A stretch of 63,864 bases of DNA, filler included, from Reticulomyxa filosa (GCA_000512085.1; 20 parts of 20 records of this genome joined end to end with filler, not necessarily neighbours in it); one strand, 5' to 3'; positions 25,143-36,658 are shown, counted from the whole stretch's first letter. Notes: generated by a model from the sequence alone, not told the origin. Program-made: numbers and translations.

Positions 25143-25568
25143 TTAAGTCTTAAAAAGAAAGGAATTCGGAAGTTTTTTGGAATCTTGTAGACAATTAGTG
25201 GTTACTATTTCATATATCTTTATGATATCATTCCAATATTTTTGTTTACCATCACTAGTTATGAAAGTACCTGTTTGATCATTTCCATAACCACACCAAA
25301 CAAAAATCAAACCATCATATTCTAAAGTGGCTTGGGACTCTGCATTTTGTATCTTTTGAGAAATATTATTGAGAGTTTCGTTTAGTCGTTCCAAAGTTAA
25401 TAATTTACTTTCATTATCATTTTCATCAAATGTTGATATCACAACGTATCAACATATCTTTGCAAATAATTGTTTCAATTGTATCATATCACATTTTACA
25501 CTAGCTAACTTTTTGCCACTTGTTTCATATCTTATTGCTCCTGCTAACAACACCAATGGATTCATCAT
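25143..25568 (-). pseudogene. Caspase-like (peptidase C14) family pseudogene fragment
   Basis: MNPLVLLAGAIRYE..VKCDMIQLKQLF..C*YVVIST...YDGLIFVWCGYG. There is an in-frame TGA at 25449-25451, the catalytic His position (CGHG) reads Tyr, and the fragment is truncated before the Cys motif. Confidence 0.55.
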
Positions 25569-26318
25569 TATATAATTTCATTAGATTAAATAAGTTGAAG
25601 TTAAAATTATGGAAATGATATTGCATATTGAAATATTTTTTAAAATAAGAATAAAAACAAAAAAATATGTATTTGTGTATATATAAGGCTGCAAAAAAAA
25701 ATACATTATTTATTTCAATAATTGTCACATTATGCGTGGGTAATGACAAAGTCAATTTATACTATTTATATTTGCTTGTTGTTATTTGCATAATTGATAG
25801 ATATAATTAACAAAAAAATTTAGAATAAAAGAACAGCAGCAATCAAAATATTCAATTTATTGTAGGGCAAGGCACTATAAATATCTGAACGTTGAAGGAA
25901 CCTGGGAGTTCCCAGTGGGCTAAAACTCCTCAACCAACTTCACTTACTCTTTTGTTTTGTTTTCTTCTTTTGTTGCGTCATTCATCTTTCTTTTGTTTTA
26001 CCGAACACTGGTTTCCTGAGTAAAACCCTTTTCGTATTACATTTAGTATAACCTCTTCCAGCTGACGTCCCACATTATATAAATTATCAAAATCTATATA
26101 CAATGAAATAAGACAGTTCTTCAATGATGAATTGGAAAAACTGTGATGCGTGCATTGAATAAAAGTAATTATTGATAGATGTCAACCAAATAAAATAAAA
26201 AACTAAATATAAAATTGAAATAACATAAAAAAAAAATTAAAATTTGCACGTGTTAATGAAATATCAAATAAAAAATTGTTCTTGCAAAAGCAACTAAAGA
26301 GCATTAAAACAAATTTTT

Positions 26319-26419
26319 AAAAAAAGCCAAGGAAGGAAAAAGCGAAAAAGAAAAAATTAAATCAGGCGCCGCTCGAACTAATATTTTCTTTTTGCTTTTG
26401 TCTTCCTTGGCTTTTTTTT
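26319..26419. repeat. Long palindromic (hairpin) repeat element, copy 2
   Basis: AAAAAAAGCCAAGGAAGG...CAGGCGCCGC...CTTCCTTGGCTTTTTTT aligns with 1475-1587. Confidence 0.85.
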
Positions 26420-26530
26420 AGCTTTCCGAGNNNNNNNNNNNNNNNNNNNNNNNNNNNNNNNNNNNNNNNNNNNNTTAATTAATTAANNNNNNNNNNNNNN
26501 NNNNNNNNNNNNNNNNNNNNNNNNNNNNNN

Positions 26531-26825
26531 AATAGGTGATGGCGAAGGCGGAGAGGATCGAGACCGAGATCTGCCGACCGTGACGCCCACCGAAACGATC
26601 AGCGAATTGACGAGCTGGCGGCCGAGGTCGCCGCGTGCGATCGCCACCTTCAGGTTGACGAGCAGCTCGTTGCCCGGCGTCAGCGGCATCGGAACCTGAA
26701 GCACGTCGGACAGGGGTGTGGGTGGCGGCGATCAGCGCGTAATAGAGCGGCAGGCACACGGCCACGACGCCCACGATCAGCAGCAGGTGGCAGAAGAGGT
26801 CGAGCTTGGGGGTCCGCTCGATCAT
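26531..26825 (-). CDS. ugpE: Bacterial sn-glycerol-3-phosphate ABC transporter permease UgpE, 3'-partial, two homopolymer frameshifts
   Basis: MIERTPKLDLFCHLLLIVGV...LYYALIAATH, VPMPLTPGNELLVNL and LVNSLIV..G.ISVSILSAFAI.Y. The ATG overlaps the ugpA stop (ATGA). Confidence 0.88.
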
Positions 26826-27715
26826 TGGGCGTACTTCACGCGCCGCTCGAGATAGCGGAACTGCACCGCCGTCAGCCCGATTACCAGGATCATCAGGATG
26901 ACCGACTGGGCCGAGGACAGGCCGAGGTCGAGGCCGAGGAAACCGTCGGCATAGACCTTGTAGACCAGGATGTCGGTGGCGCCGCCGGGACCGCCCTGGG
27001 TCAAGGCATGGATGATGCCGAACGTGTCGAAGAAGGCGTAGACGACGTTGATCACCAGCAGGAAAAAGGTGGTGGGCGAGATCAGCGGGAAGACGATGCT
27101 GACGAAGCGCCGCACCGGTCCTGCGCCGTCGATCGCGGCTGCCTCGATGAGGGAGCGCGGGATCGCCTGCAGGGCGGCGAGGAAGAATACGAAATTGTAG
27201 CTCACCTGCTTCCACGCGGCGGCCACGATGACCAGCAGCATGGCGTCGTTGCCATCGAGCAGCGGGTTCCACGGGATCCCGAAGCCCTGCTTCAGCATCA
27301 GCGCGATGGCGCCGTAGATCGGATGGAAGAGAAAGAGCCAGAGGACACCCGCCAGCACCGGCGCCACGGCATAGGGCCAGATGATCATCAGCCGGTAGAC
27401 CGACTTGGCCCTCGCGACACGGTCCACCAGCACCGCGAAGCCAAGGCCCGCCAGCACGGCCGAGACCGTCGTGCCGGTGCTGAAGATCGCGGTCCGGTAG
27501 ATCGAATTGAAGTATTCCGGACTGGTGAGGATGTCGCGAAAATTGTCGAACCAGACGAAGGTCGAGTGCTGGCCGAACGGATCGCTGACGGTGAACGCCT
27601 GGTAGAGCGCCTGCGCCGCCGGCCAGAACACGAAGATGGCGAGCACGAGCATCTGCGGCGCGAGCAGCAGGAAGGCCAGCGGCTTGTGCCGCTGGAAATT
27701 CACCCGCTTGATCAT
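26822..27715 (-). CDS. ugpA: Bacterial sn-glycerol-3-phosphate ABC transporter permease UgpA
   Basis: Intronless, GC-rich, 297 aa. WPYAVAP..AGVLW.FLFHP, WKQVSYNF.FFLAALQAIP.SLIEAAAIDGA (EAA loop), YAFFDTFGII and GLDLG.SSAQSVILM. Confidence 0.95.
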   Translation of the reverse strand: MIKRVNFQRHKPLAFLLLAPQMLVLAIFVFWPAAQALYQAFTVSDPFGQHSTFVWFDNFRDILTSPEYFNSIYRTAIFSTGTTVSAVLAGLGFAVLVDRVARAKSVYRLMIIWPYAVAPVLAGVLWLFLFHPIYGAIALMLKQGFGIPWNPLLDGNDAMLLVIVAAAWKQVSYNFVFFLAALQAIPRSLIEAAAIDGAGPVRRFVSIVFPLISPTTFFLLVINVVYAFFDTFGIIHALTQGGPGGATDILVYKVYADGFLGLDLGLSSAQSVILMILVIGLTAVQFRYLERRVKYAQ

Positions 27716-27845
27716 GGCATCAGCCCGTCGCGCCGCCGTTGCTCANNNNNNNNNNNNNNNNNNNNNNNNNNNNNNNNNNNNNNNNNNNNTTAATTAATTA
27801 ANNNNNNNNNNNNNNNNNNNNNNNNNNNNNNNNNNNNNNNNNNNN

Positions 27846-29702
27846 TTATTGTTATTGTTATTGTTATTGTTATTGTCATTGTCATTGTCGTTGCTATTGG
27901 CATTGACATTGACATTAGCATTCGTATTTGCAAAGGAAGCAATAGTAGTGGTTGTGTGCTGAACAGGAGTACGTGAGTATTTCAGTTTGGAGTCATCTAC
28001 AACTTCCGTCTCAGTCGCATGTTTCTCGTCGTGTTTGTTTTCTTTTTGCTGTTGATTCTCCTCGTCCTTTCCTGGCAACCTTGTCATGGAGCACTCCTTG
28101 TCTTGCCAATTGCTTTTGTGTTTTGCATGCAAGTACGTGATAGGCACCAACATGTCATTGGAGATCGGTGGAGACGATGGCAAAGGAGTGCGTAGCGCAA
28201 AGGCGTGGTCACCAACACGGCTACGTCTTTGAGTCGTTCGTTCGTCGGCGTGTCTTTTGCATCAAACAAATGAGCGTGTTTGTTGTTGTATGTTTATATG
28301 TGTGTAAACATAGGGGACTCCAAACTGTGAAACACAGATAACGCAGTAGACTCGTTCGTGGCCTTGGCCCGCCTCAAGGGCAAAAAGGACTCACTTTTGG
28401 GCTGCGCGACACCTGGAATGTCTGCAATGAATAGCTCAATGGTAGGCTCTCGATTGCTCTCTTGGGTCATGGGTGTGAGTTTGTCGGAATACATGTCTGC
28501 ATTGGAACGGAGTTCTCGATTGCGTTCCTCTTCTGCTTCCTCTTTGTCGTTCTCATTGATATGGATGGACACAACAGCAGGGGGAGTCGACACCATCCCA
28601 ATGGTCTCGTTGTCACTTTGGTTTTGACGATATTGCAACAGGTCAATGATCTTCGGAGAGGGCTGGCTGTGCTGTCTCCTTTGTCGTCTCTTGTGTGCGT
28701 AAATACGCAAACCGACGCACAGCACGCACGTAAGCACCGCCATTCCACCCACGACACATCCCACTATCACTGCGTTCAAGTCCGCTCGTTCATTGTTCCC
28801 ATTCGATTGTTGTCCGTGTTTCGCAGTGTCTCCGTCACCACTTCAATGTGTCATTATTATGTTATATTTATATATATATATATGTATGTGTGTGTTGTGT
28901 ACATTTCAAATAAACTTTGATTTTTACATTAGCCAGTATTCTGGATGGGCGGTTAAACAAAGACAAGAGCAAACCTGTATATCAGAGCAGTCGTGTTTGG
29001 GTGCACTCCGAATCCAACGGCCGAGAATTGATTGGTTGACGTAAAAAATACTTTGCGGCTAGGACAGCTGTAGTGATACACTTGACTCATCCAAGATTGT
29101 CTGTGGACATCATACAAACCATACTCCAATGTGCAACGCTTCTCATCTACGTTTCTTATCACGTCTTTCCAACTCTTGTTCGATGACAACGGGATATTAA
29201 TCCAAAATGTAAAACATTTTGCATTGCCGTTTTTACAAATCCAAACACGTCTATCCAAATCAACAACAATAACAACAAAATTCATTTGTTTATTCACTTC
29301 CTCGTTTATGTACAATATATCGTGTTTGCTTTCACGATTTTGTGTTTTCAAACAAACTGTTGTGTTTTCGATACAATCACAATGTAAGCTGTCGATCGAT
29401 TGCTGTCACTATCTTCATCATTGGCGTTAATGTAACAGCTTGTTTCACCGACTGGCACTGGTTCTAATGGCAGAGAGTGGTTGCACAATCCAAGCAAAGA
29501 GTTAGGCCAATCATATTTTGTATTGTCCATTCTGCACAAAAGGTACATGTGTCCTATCAGTGTCATTGACCCATCCGTTGCTTTGGCTCCAACACACATT
29601 GAGTGCTGACCTCTTCCTTTTCAACCACTGTCCACTCAACGTCAGCTGAAAAAATGCCCAAAATAATGTTAACCATTTCATTTCTAGAAAAGTCAATGCC
29701 AT
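27846..29702 (-). CDS. Hypothetical type I membrane protein (signal peptide, Cys-containing ectodomain, one TM, disordered tail), 3'-partial
   Basis: Hydrophobic N-terminus, spliced exons and TM segment AVIVGCVVGGMAVLTCVLCVGL followed by KRRQRR. Apparent 1-nt homopolymer indel near 29517. Confidence 0.55.
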
Positions 29703-30247
29703 GGACGATATTCTTGTTCACAAGAAAAACGCATCACAATGGACACAGTCACCCAACAGTCTTTTTTCTCCAGCCTGTCCCTTTTTTATCGTCCAGTCCC
29801 GTCAGCGACTTTTTTTTGATCGTTACGGGCCGTTTTTGAATTTGTCATGAACAAGGAAATACATAACAATCGAATTGTCAAAAAGACTGCTTATCATACA
29901 TATTTTTTTTGACACAGTGAAAATTTCTAATGAAAATATCTTTCAATATCAGGTGATAGTTCCTAATTATAACCTAAAAAATACCCTAAAATAGTCAAAA
30001 TTCATTTGATGAAAGGCATAAATATTCTTGAATAATCCTTCGCTTTTATTCTCAAAATATTCGATGTTCATTTAAATGTTTATAGTACAATTACAAGACA
30101 AAAGAGCTGAAAAAGTGCTTAATTTGTTTTAAGTTTTTTACCTTCAATTTTTCAATAGCATCGAACGATTTCACGATTTTCTGAATTTTCAAAGAAAACG
30201 TGTGACCAAACAAATAAAAAATAGCACAAAAAAAGCTTAAATACATA

Positions 30248-31406
30248 ATGCAGAACATGCAAGAAAGCCAAAGAGCGCCCAAACCTAGACAAGGAAGAAA
30301 TTTGAATAGTCCAGTGAACAGTGATGATGAAACCACTGGCAATGGAGACAAAAGGAGATATCCAGGTGCACAGTCCGAAAACACAACAGTGAAACTGACA
30401 TCGAAGGATTTGACTCCATTTTTGGTGCCCAGAGAAGCCTGTAGAATGTCAAACTTATTGAAAAAGCAAATGCAAGGTGCTTATAGCTCTCCCACTTTTT
30501 TAATCGCCACGCATTAAATCCATAACAAACAAAAAAACAATAAATTGTTTCAAACTATATTCCGATATCTTTTTTTTGTATGACTTATCCTCACAGAAGA
30601 CCCAAAGCGGAGAGATTTTCCATTGCCTCAAATCAAAGGCAACATTTTGCAAGAGCTTGTGAAGTTTATGATCTACCATCAATCTTATCCGATGCAACCT
30701 ATTGAAAAACCTTTAAGATCTACAAATATGCATGAGGTTATTGGAACATTCATTAAAAAAAAAAATTAAAATAGACCCCCTTTTTTTTTAACGTCACATG
30801 GCAAAAAAAAAAAAGGTGGTATCCTCTTGGGATGCGGATTTCGTAGACATCCATTACGAATCACTGTTTGAAATGATGTCTGCAGCAGAAGTGATGGAAA
30901 TGGAAGATCTACTGGAACTGTGCAGTGCGAAAATGGCATCGATGATCAAAAACAAAACGAGTAAGCAATTGCGAGAAACATTTCATATTGAGCCTGACAT
31001 GGAACCGAGCGAAGAAGAGGCCATTCGACAATCACTGGAATGGATACTTTCAATAACAGCACAAGAACAAAAGTTTGAAGAAGAATGGAAAAGCAAAGAC
31101 GACAATAGTCGAAGTGACACCCCTTCTACGATGCGACAGAGCCAGCCAAAGAGTGTTCGAAAGAGCAGTGAGGACGAATGGTATGATGGTAAGATTAATA
31201 AACGCGCGTTTGGATATGAAATCCCGTTCAGTGAAGAGGAATCCAAACAAGATATCAACAGCTCCAGCAATCTCAGAAAAGAATCGTCTTTTAAGAGCAA
31301 TAGCAACAATCCTTTTGATTTGCTTGTCAATCAAGATAATGAAAGTGCTGCTGGAACCGTCAACTCTAGTCCAGGCAACGCCAATAATAGTGATGCAAGT
31401 AGATAA
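30248..31406 (+). CDS. SKP1: SKP1-family protein with N- and C-terminal extensions, 2 introns
   Basis: VKLTSKD..FLVPREACRMSNLLK, FPLPQIKGNILQELVKF..YH, IEKPLRS.NM, WDADFVD, LFEMMSAA.., LLELCSAKMASMIKNKT..LRETFHI..D..PSEEEAIR. Confidence 0.88.
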
Positions 31407-32340
31407 ATAAATTACATCAATTTCATTTATGTGAGCTTTATTGTTTGGTTTACATTTTTTTTGAAAAAAGAAAAAAGTAAGTAAATAACTATTATAAGAA
31501 GTAATGCATTTATCAAACTATTTGTTCTTCTTTTTCTATCTTTATAAATGATTCTTATGGGGCCACTGTCAATTTTATTTCTTCTAGTTTTTTGAGCCAA
31601 AATATAATCAGTTTTAAGTTAATCCAGATCAAAAATAACAATTTTTTTAATAATGCACAAAATAAAATCGTGCTGATGCATTCAAGAAAAAAACATCCCA
31701 CATATTAACCGATTGATTCTTCTAACATCTCGACTCTTGTTTAAAATAGTTTGCGCCAGGGATAACAGTCCACAGCAATTACAAATATACATATGACCTT
31801 ACCGAAAATGGAGGGTAGTTGATTCTTCACAAAAAATCAACTGTATGTAACATTTAAACTATAAAGGTATTGTTGAAGAAGAACTTTGTTATCTTAAAAA
31901 ATAGATTTTGTTGGTGGACAAAGATAGTTCAATTCTATGTTAAAACATTGTTCAAAACGTAAATTTTGACACATTAATACAAACATGTTTGTGATGGAGG
32001 AAATGATTTTGGAAAAGCTATTTATTTTTGGTAAGGGCACTCTACAATTTTATTGTCCCATGGATGAAAATCTTTGTTATTTTGACTAACAAAACATAGA
32101 AAATAAGTCTGGATTGCACAATAGTTCATTTTGCGATTTACTTGTAGTTGTTATTTATTGTTAACAGTAATGATTTTTATTGTGCTCATTATTTTTTAGT
32201 TTCAATTTAAGAAAAATCAGACTATATTTTATGTTTAAAAGCACGTTTGGAAAAAACACCGTAACAAAAGAGTAATTTTTATCTTGTACACCCGCTTTGC
32301 TCGGAAAATCATCTTTCGCTATCCAACCAATCGATACAAA

Positions 32341-33170
32341 ATGATGAAACTTTTGGCATTGTGCAGTTTGTTGGTAAGTCTTTGTTATGGTCACATGTGC
32401 ATGGTGAACCCCTACCAAAGAAACCCACCAGCGACTTCAATTAACACTCCAGCCACTCCTGCTTGCGGCTTAACAAGTTTGTTGCAACAATTTATAGTAA
32501 ATGTCTTTCTTTAAACATTACCCCCTTTCTCTCCTTCTTCCATCCTTTTTTTATAGCACCACCTTGCGGAGGAACAAGCCCAGACGATTACATTAAAGAA
32601 ATTGTTTCAGACAGCAACCAATGGTTGGTAACTTAATGCTTTCTTTGCACTGCATTACAAAGGAAAACGTCAATACACTGATATTTATACAATAGGGTAT
32701 TCGTGTTGCAAAAAAACAAGAACCATTACAACAGTGCCAGTTAAACTATGTTTTTAAAAAAAGTTATTGAGTTTGGTATACGTTGATTTTCTTTTTTTTG
32801 TAAACAGAACCAGGAAATTTCACGGTCAATGTGTTGGAGTTATGATCGATTTATTGTTGTGTGTACGTCTTTTTTTATCTTTTGTGAACTTTCCTTTTTA
32901 ATAAAAACTCAGTGCACAAATGAACTTTGTTGGTCGCATTGGAGGCATTCCAGACAACAGCTTAGGTGATTTGAGCTTTTACCAATTGTATGTTCCAATT
33001 CCTACCAATTTGGTAACTGGTGATCCTTACATTATTCAAGTTAAGACACAAAAAAACTTTTTTATGTCATCACATCACAAATTGAAATACAATAACAATA
33101 ACTCCAGGCCATTTACTTCACTAACTCCGGCAACAATTATTACCAATGCGCTGATGTTTTGGCACTTTGA
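32341..33170 (+). CDS. Secreted His-brace copper-binding protein (LPMO/X325-like fold), 6 exons, 155 aa
   Basis: Exons 32341-32476, 32557-32623, 32696-32739, 32808-32838, 32913-33039 and 33108-33170 join via GT-AG introns into a 468-nt ORF. It reads signal peptide | HMCMVNPYQR...PPCGG...LQKNKNH...PGNF...IIQAIY...YYQCADV. Confidence 0.75.
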
Positions 33171-33686
33171 GTTATTTGTTGCTTTTGGTGCTTTTTTTTT
33201 TGGTAACTTCATTAAATGAGAAAGGCAATGTCTTCTAAATAAACTTGATTAATCTTACAAGCTCAAAGCTTGCTTGTTAGATGTTGTAGTAAATGAAAAC
33301 TTTTCGAATGGCTGACCATTATGATTTTAGCAAAAAATTTCCTACGTAGAGTTTCTTTGCATCGCAGTTTTGAGTAGTGTCGGGTGAGAAATATGCCGGA
33401 AAACCGCAGTGGTGCAAATTGTTCCTATTACTATTTTTTCGCTCATAATTGTCTCACTAAAACTTAGCCAGCTTTGTTTGTTGATACTTTTCAAGGACTT
33501 TAAAAATTTTTGTAGGAAAAAAAAAGAAAATTGCTAGGCACTGCTAAGAAATAGTGGTGTTACCGGCTTTATTTATCAAAAAGGAAGTTTCAGGCACAAA
33601 AAAGCAGAAGTAAAAACAAATCAAGAATCAACTAATATATTATCAGTTTTTTGCTTTCCCAAGTTTTTTTGTGTGGGTCATAGTTG

Positions 33687-34919
33687 TCACGTACTTTGCG
33701 TTTGAATATCATCGGTAGCTGTTTCCTGTTGAATGGTAACACCATCAACAGAAGGCTTTGTAGTATCACTTGGAGTAGTAGTGGATACGACTTGATCGGC
33801 ATTAGCCGCTGCAGCCATAACGGCAGCCTGATTGGTACCCATTCGCTTGGGTGGTATCCATGAATAAACCAAGTTGACAGCACTAACGCACGACCATAAA
33901 GGAAGATAAATTCCGGCAATGGTGGTGATAGTTTCTTCGACATATTGATATTTGGTATCGGACACAAATGTAATCCATTCGTGAATACTTTGATAAAATA
34001 AGCAGACAACCAAAACAGATAAAACGAAGACCAAGCATAACAGTTTATACATTGATTTGTATAAATTTCGACTCATTTGCATTTTGTTTGTCAAAGAGTT
34101 TCGACGCATTAGCGTGTCATACTGTTGTTTCAATTTCAAAAACAACTTCATTAACAATGCTATCAATGATGACAACAACGCCACAGCAATTAGTTTCCAA
34201 AGTGCATATAACAGTGTTTGAGTCGCATAAAAACTATACACCGAACCTAATAAAAAATAATATGCGGTCACATGATCAAACAAAAAAATTATTGGTCCAT
34301 GTTTGTCTTAAGCAAAGCTCAGATAAGGATCTCACCTAAAATAGTGCCGGTCCAATCAAACACGGCGATAATCAGTACCATGGAGTGACCATAAATGAGT
34401 AGCTTTTCAAAGGTCGATCTTTCACTTATCGATGATTGATGCGAAAACATTCGCATTTTGTTAATATTGGAATATGTCTCGGTCATTCGAAGGGATAGCA
34501 CTGCCAGTGACAACACTGCCACTGGGATCCAGATACTCCATCCCACTTGCATCAATGCTTCTGATTCTTTGCATTTATGTTATGTATAATGTATTACTCT
34601 CCAAAAAGCCTCATTCTTTTTTTTTAAAACATGCTTTGCTGATAAAAATTTTTTCTGTTCTCATACCTAGAAAATAACCCAAAAATACGTCCAACTGAAA
34701 TATGGTCAAAACTAAAGTCATCCAGCGAATATACTCAAATTGTGTTACCTGCGCAAATTGAGATTTTTTCAAATGGTGCGATGTCCCCACTGCTTTTGAT
34801 AGGCCTTGTTTGGATATATGTTGCCTGTACAAGTTGTAACAAGCAGTGCATATCAGCAAAAAGCTGAAGAAAAAACAAAAGGTGAAGCCGACGACATCCT
34901 TAGAAGTAGTACGGACCAT
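33687..34919 (-). CDS. Seven-transmembrane (GPCR-like) protein, 2 introns
   Basis: The spliced product has seven hydrophobic segments, a basic TM5-TM6 loop and a polar C-terminal tail. Confidence 0.65.
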
Positions 34920-36658
34920 ATTTTACTGAAATACAACAAAATGCGAGTTATACACCAAGTGAAAAGTGGAAGGACAATTTCATTTGTTTCATTGTCCCCT
35001 CCAATAAATTCTTTTAGACGTACTAACAAGCACCAAAGGTGTCATGACCTGTACGATGAAATATTCTTGTATCCCGATTGGATAAGGTAAATCGCGCTAA
35101 ACGTATTTTCAATTATAAATTTGGAAAAAAATTGAATAAGTAATGGCCACGAACAAGTCTCACTTTGAAATAAACATTAAATAATTCCTGTAGCTTTTAA
35201 AGTAGAAAGCGTGGGACATCAGCTGCACTAAATGTAATACGAAGGTTTTCTACCCGAAGAAAACTGCTTTTGATAAAACAATAGTGAGTTTACGACTAAA
35301 AGATAATAACACAATAAAAGAAAGAAAAACAAAAACAAGAAGTGAAGAAAGTTGGTGAAGAAGTTTAGCCCACTGGGGGCTCCTCAAAGTTCAGTCATCT
35401 ACAGTATGGACTTGCCCTACAAAAGTGAATTAAGTAAAATCTTTTTGGTAACATTTCAATCTAATTTTTGGAGTGTAATACTGCAGAGAAATGGCTATTC
35501 AAAAAAGTATCTAGACGTGTGCAAGAATGAGGTTTTTGCTGAAGAAATAATTGTTAGTTTTATCTCTTGAATAGTGCATCATGTATTTCAATAATTATCC
35601 AAACTGCTTGTTGTAATCGAGTAAAAGGATGTTTTCAACAAAGTGAATAAAGTATTTTTTCTTTTTTCAAAGATGCCATTACATTGACATATACTGCAAA
35701 ATAATGTAATCACATAACTTGCAAACAGATCATTTTGGAAAATAAAAATAGTGAAAAAAACAATATATAACACTACATTTTTTCATTAAAACATCCTTTT
35801 TTTGAAATGAAAAAAGTTGAAACAAGTACAATCAAGAATACAATCTATTCAAACATGATAATGTCCAAATATGATTACTAACAAAAAAAAGTTAAAAGGC
35901 CGTCATTGCTTTTATATTTTTTTCATTCTGATCGATTCGTCCAATTTAATTTCTGTTGAAACAGCCAAAGAAATATAACTTCGTTTTCACTGACAACAGT
36001 TCACAAATCATTTAATGTCAATATGTCAAAGTGATCTTAGTCAAATATATATTAGTTCTTTTTATGTCCTTTGCAGCTTCAATTCTAAGTTACCAACCAA
36101 CTAACCACTAGCCTGCGCATTTTATCACTCAAAATAGATTTTCTTACTGATCAATGTTTTCCGTTGATATTCCCGTTTGTTTGACACGCTTTTTTCCAAT
36201 TTTGGACAACATTGAAGTGTTTCACCACTTTTCAATTTAAAAGCATTTGCAAAGTTTTTCCATTTGTAAACTTATCACATTACTTCAATATAATGCTTTC
36301 TACTTTCTTCTGTGCTTATTTTGCGTTAAACAGTCAGTATAATTAATTTAAAACTTTTTTTGTTTAGTAAGATAGTTTTTTAACATTGAATTTTCAAACT
36401 CCTGATGAAAAAAAAGGCGCAAAATTTTTCAAATAAATGCAAGAGATAACATATTAAACATAAAAAAAAGAAAGCATGCAATTTGTTCTACGTACTTACA
36501 AAAATATTTTATCTAAATGTAAAAAGTAAGCTTAATGAAAAAACGCGTTTTTATTGATNNNNNNNNNNNNNNNNNNNNNNNNNNNNNNNNNNNNNNNNNN
36601 NNTTAATTAATTAANNNNNNNNNNNNNNNNNNNNNNNNNNNNNNNNNNNNNNNNNNNN

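Noticed and set aside
25449-25451. In-frame TGA codons here and in the LINE remnant, suggesting stop-codon reassignment
   Set aside because: Conserved genes (ABCE1, UPRT, plastin) end in TGA at the expected place. The interrupted sequences also carry other stops, indels or truncations, so they are pseudogenes.
26825-27793. 322-aa plus-strand ORF and 265-aa alternative-frame ORF
   Set aside because: Shadow frames of GC-rich ugpA/ugpE.
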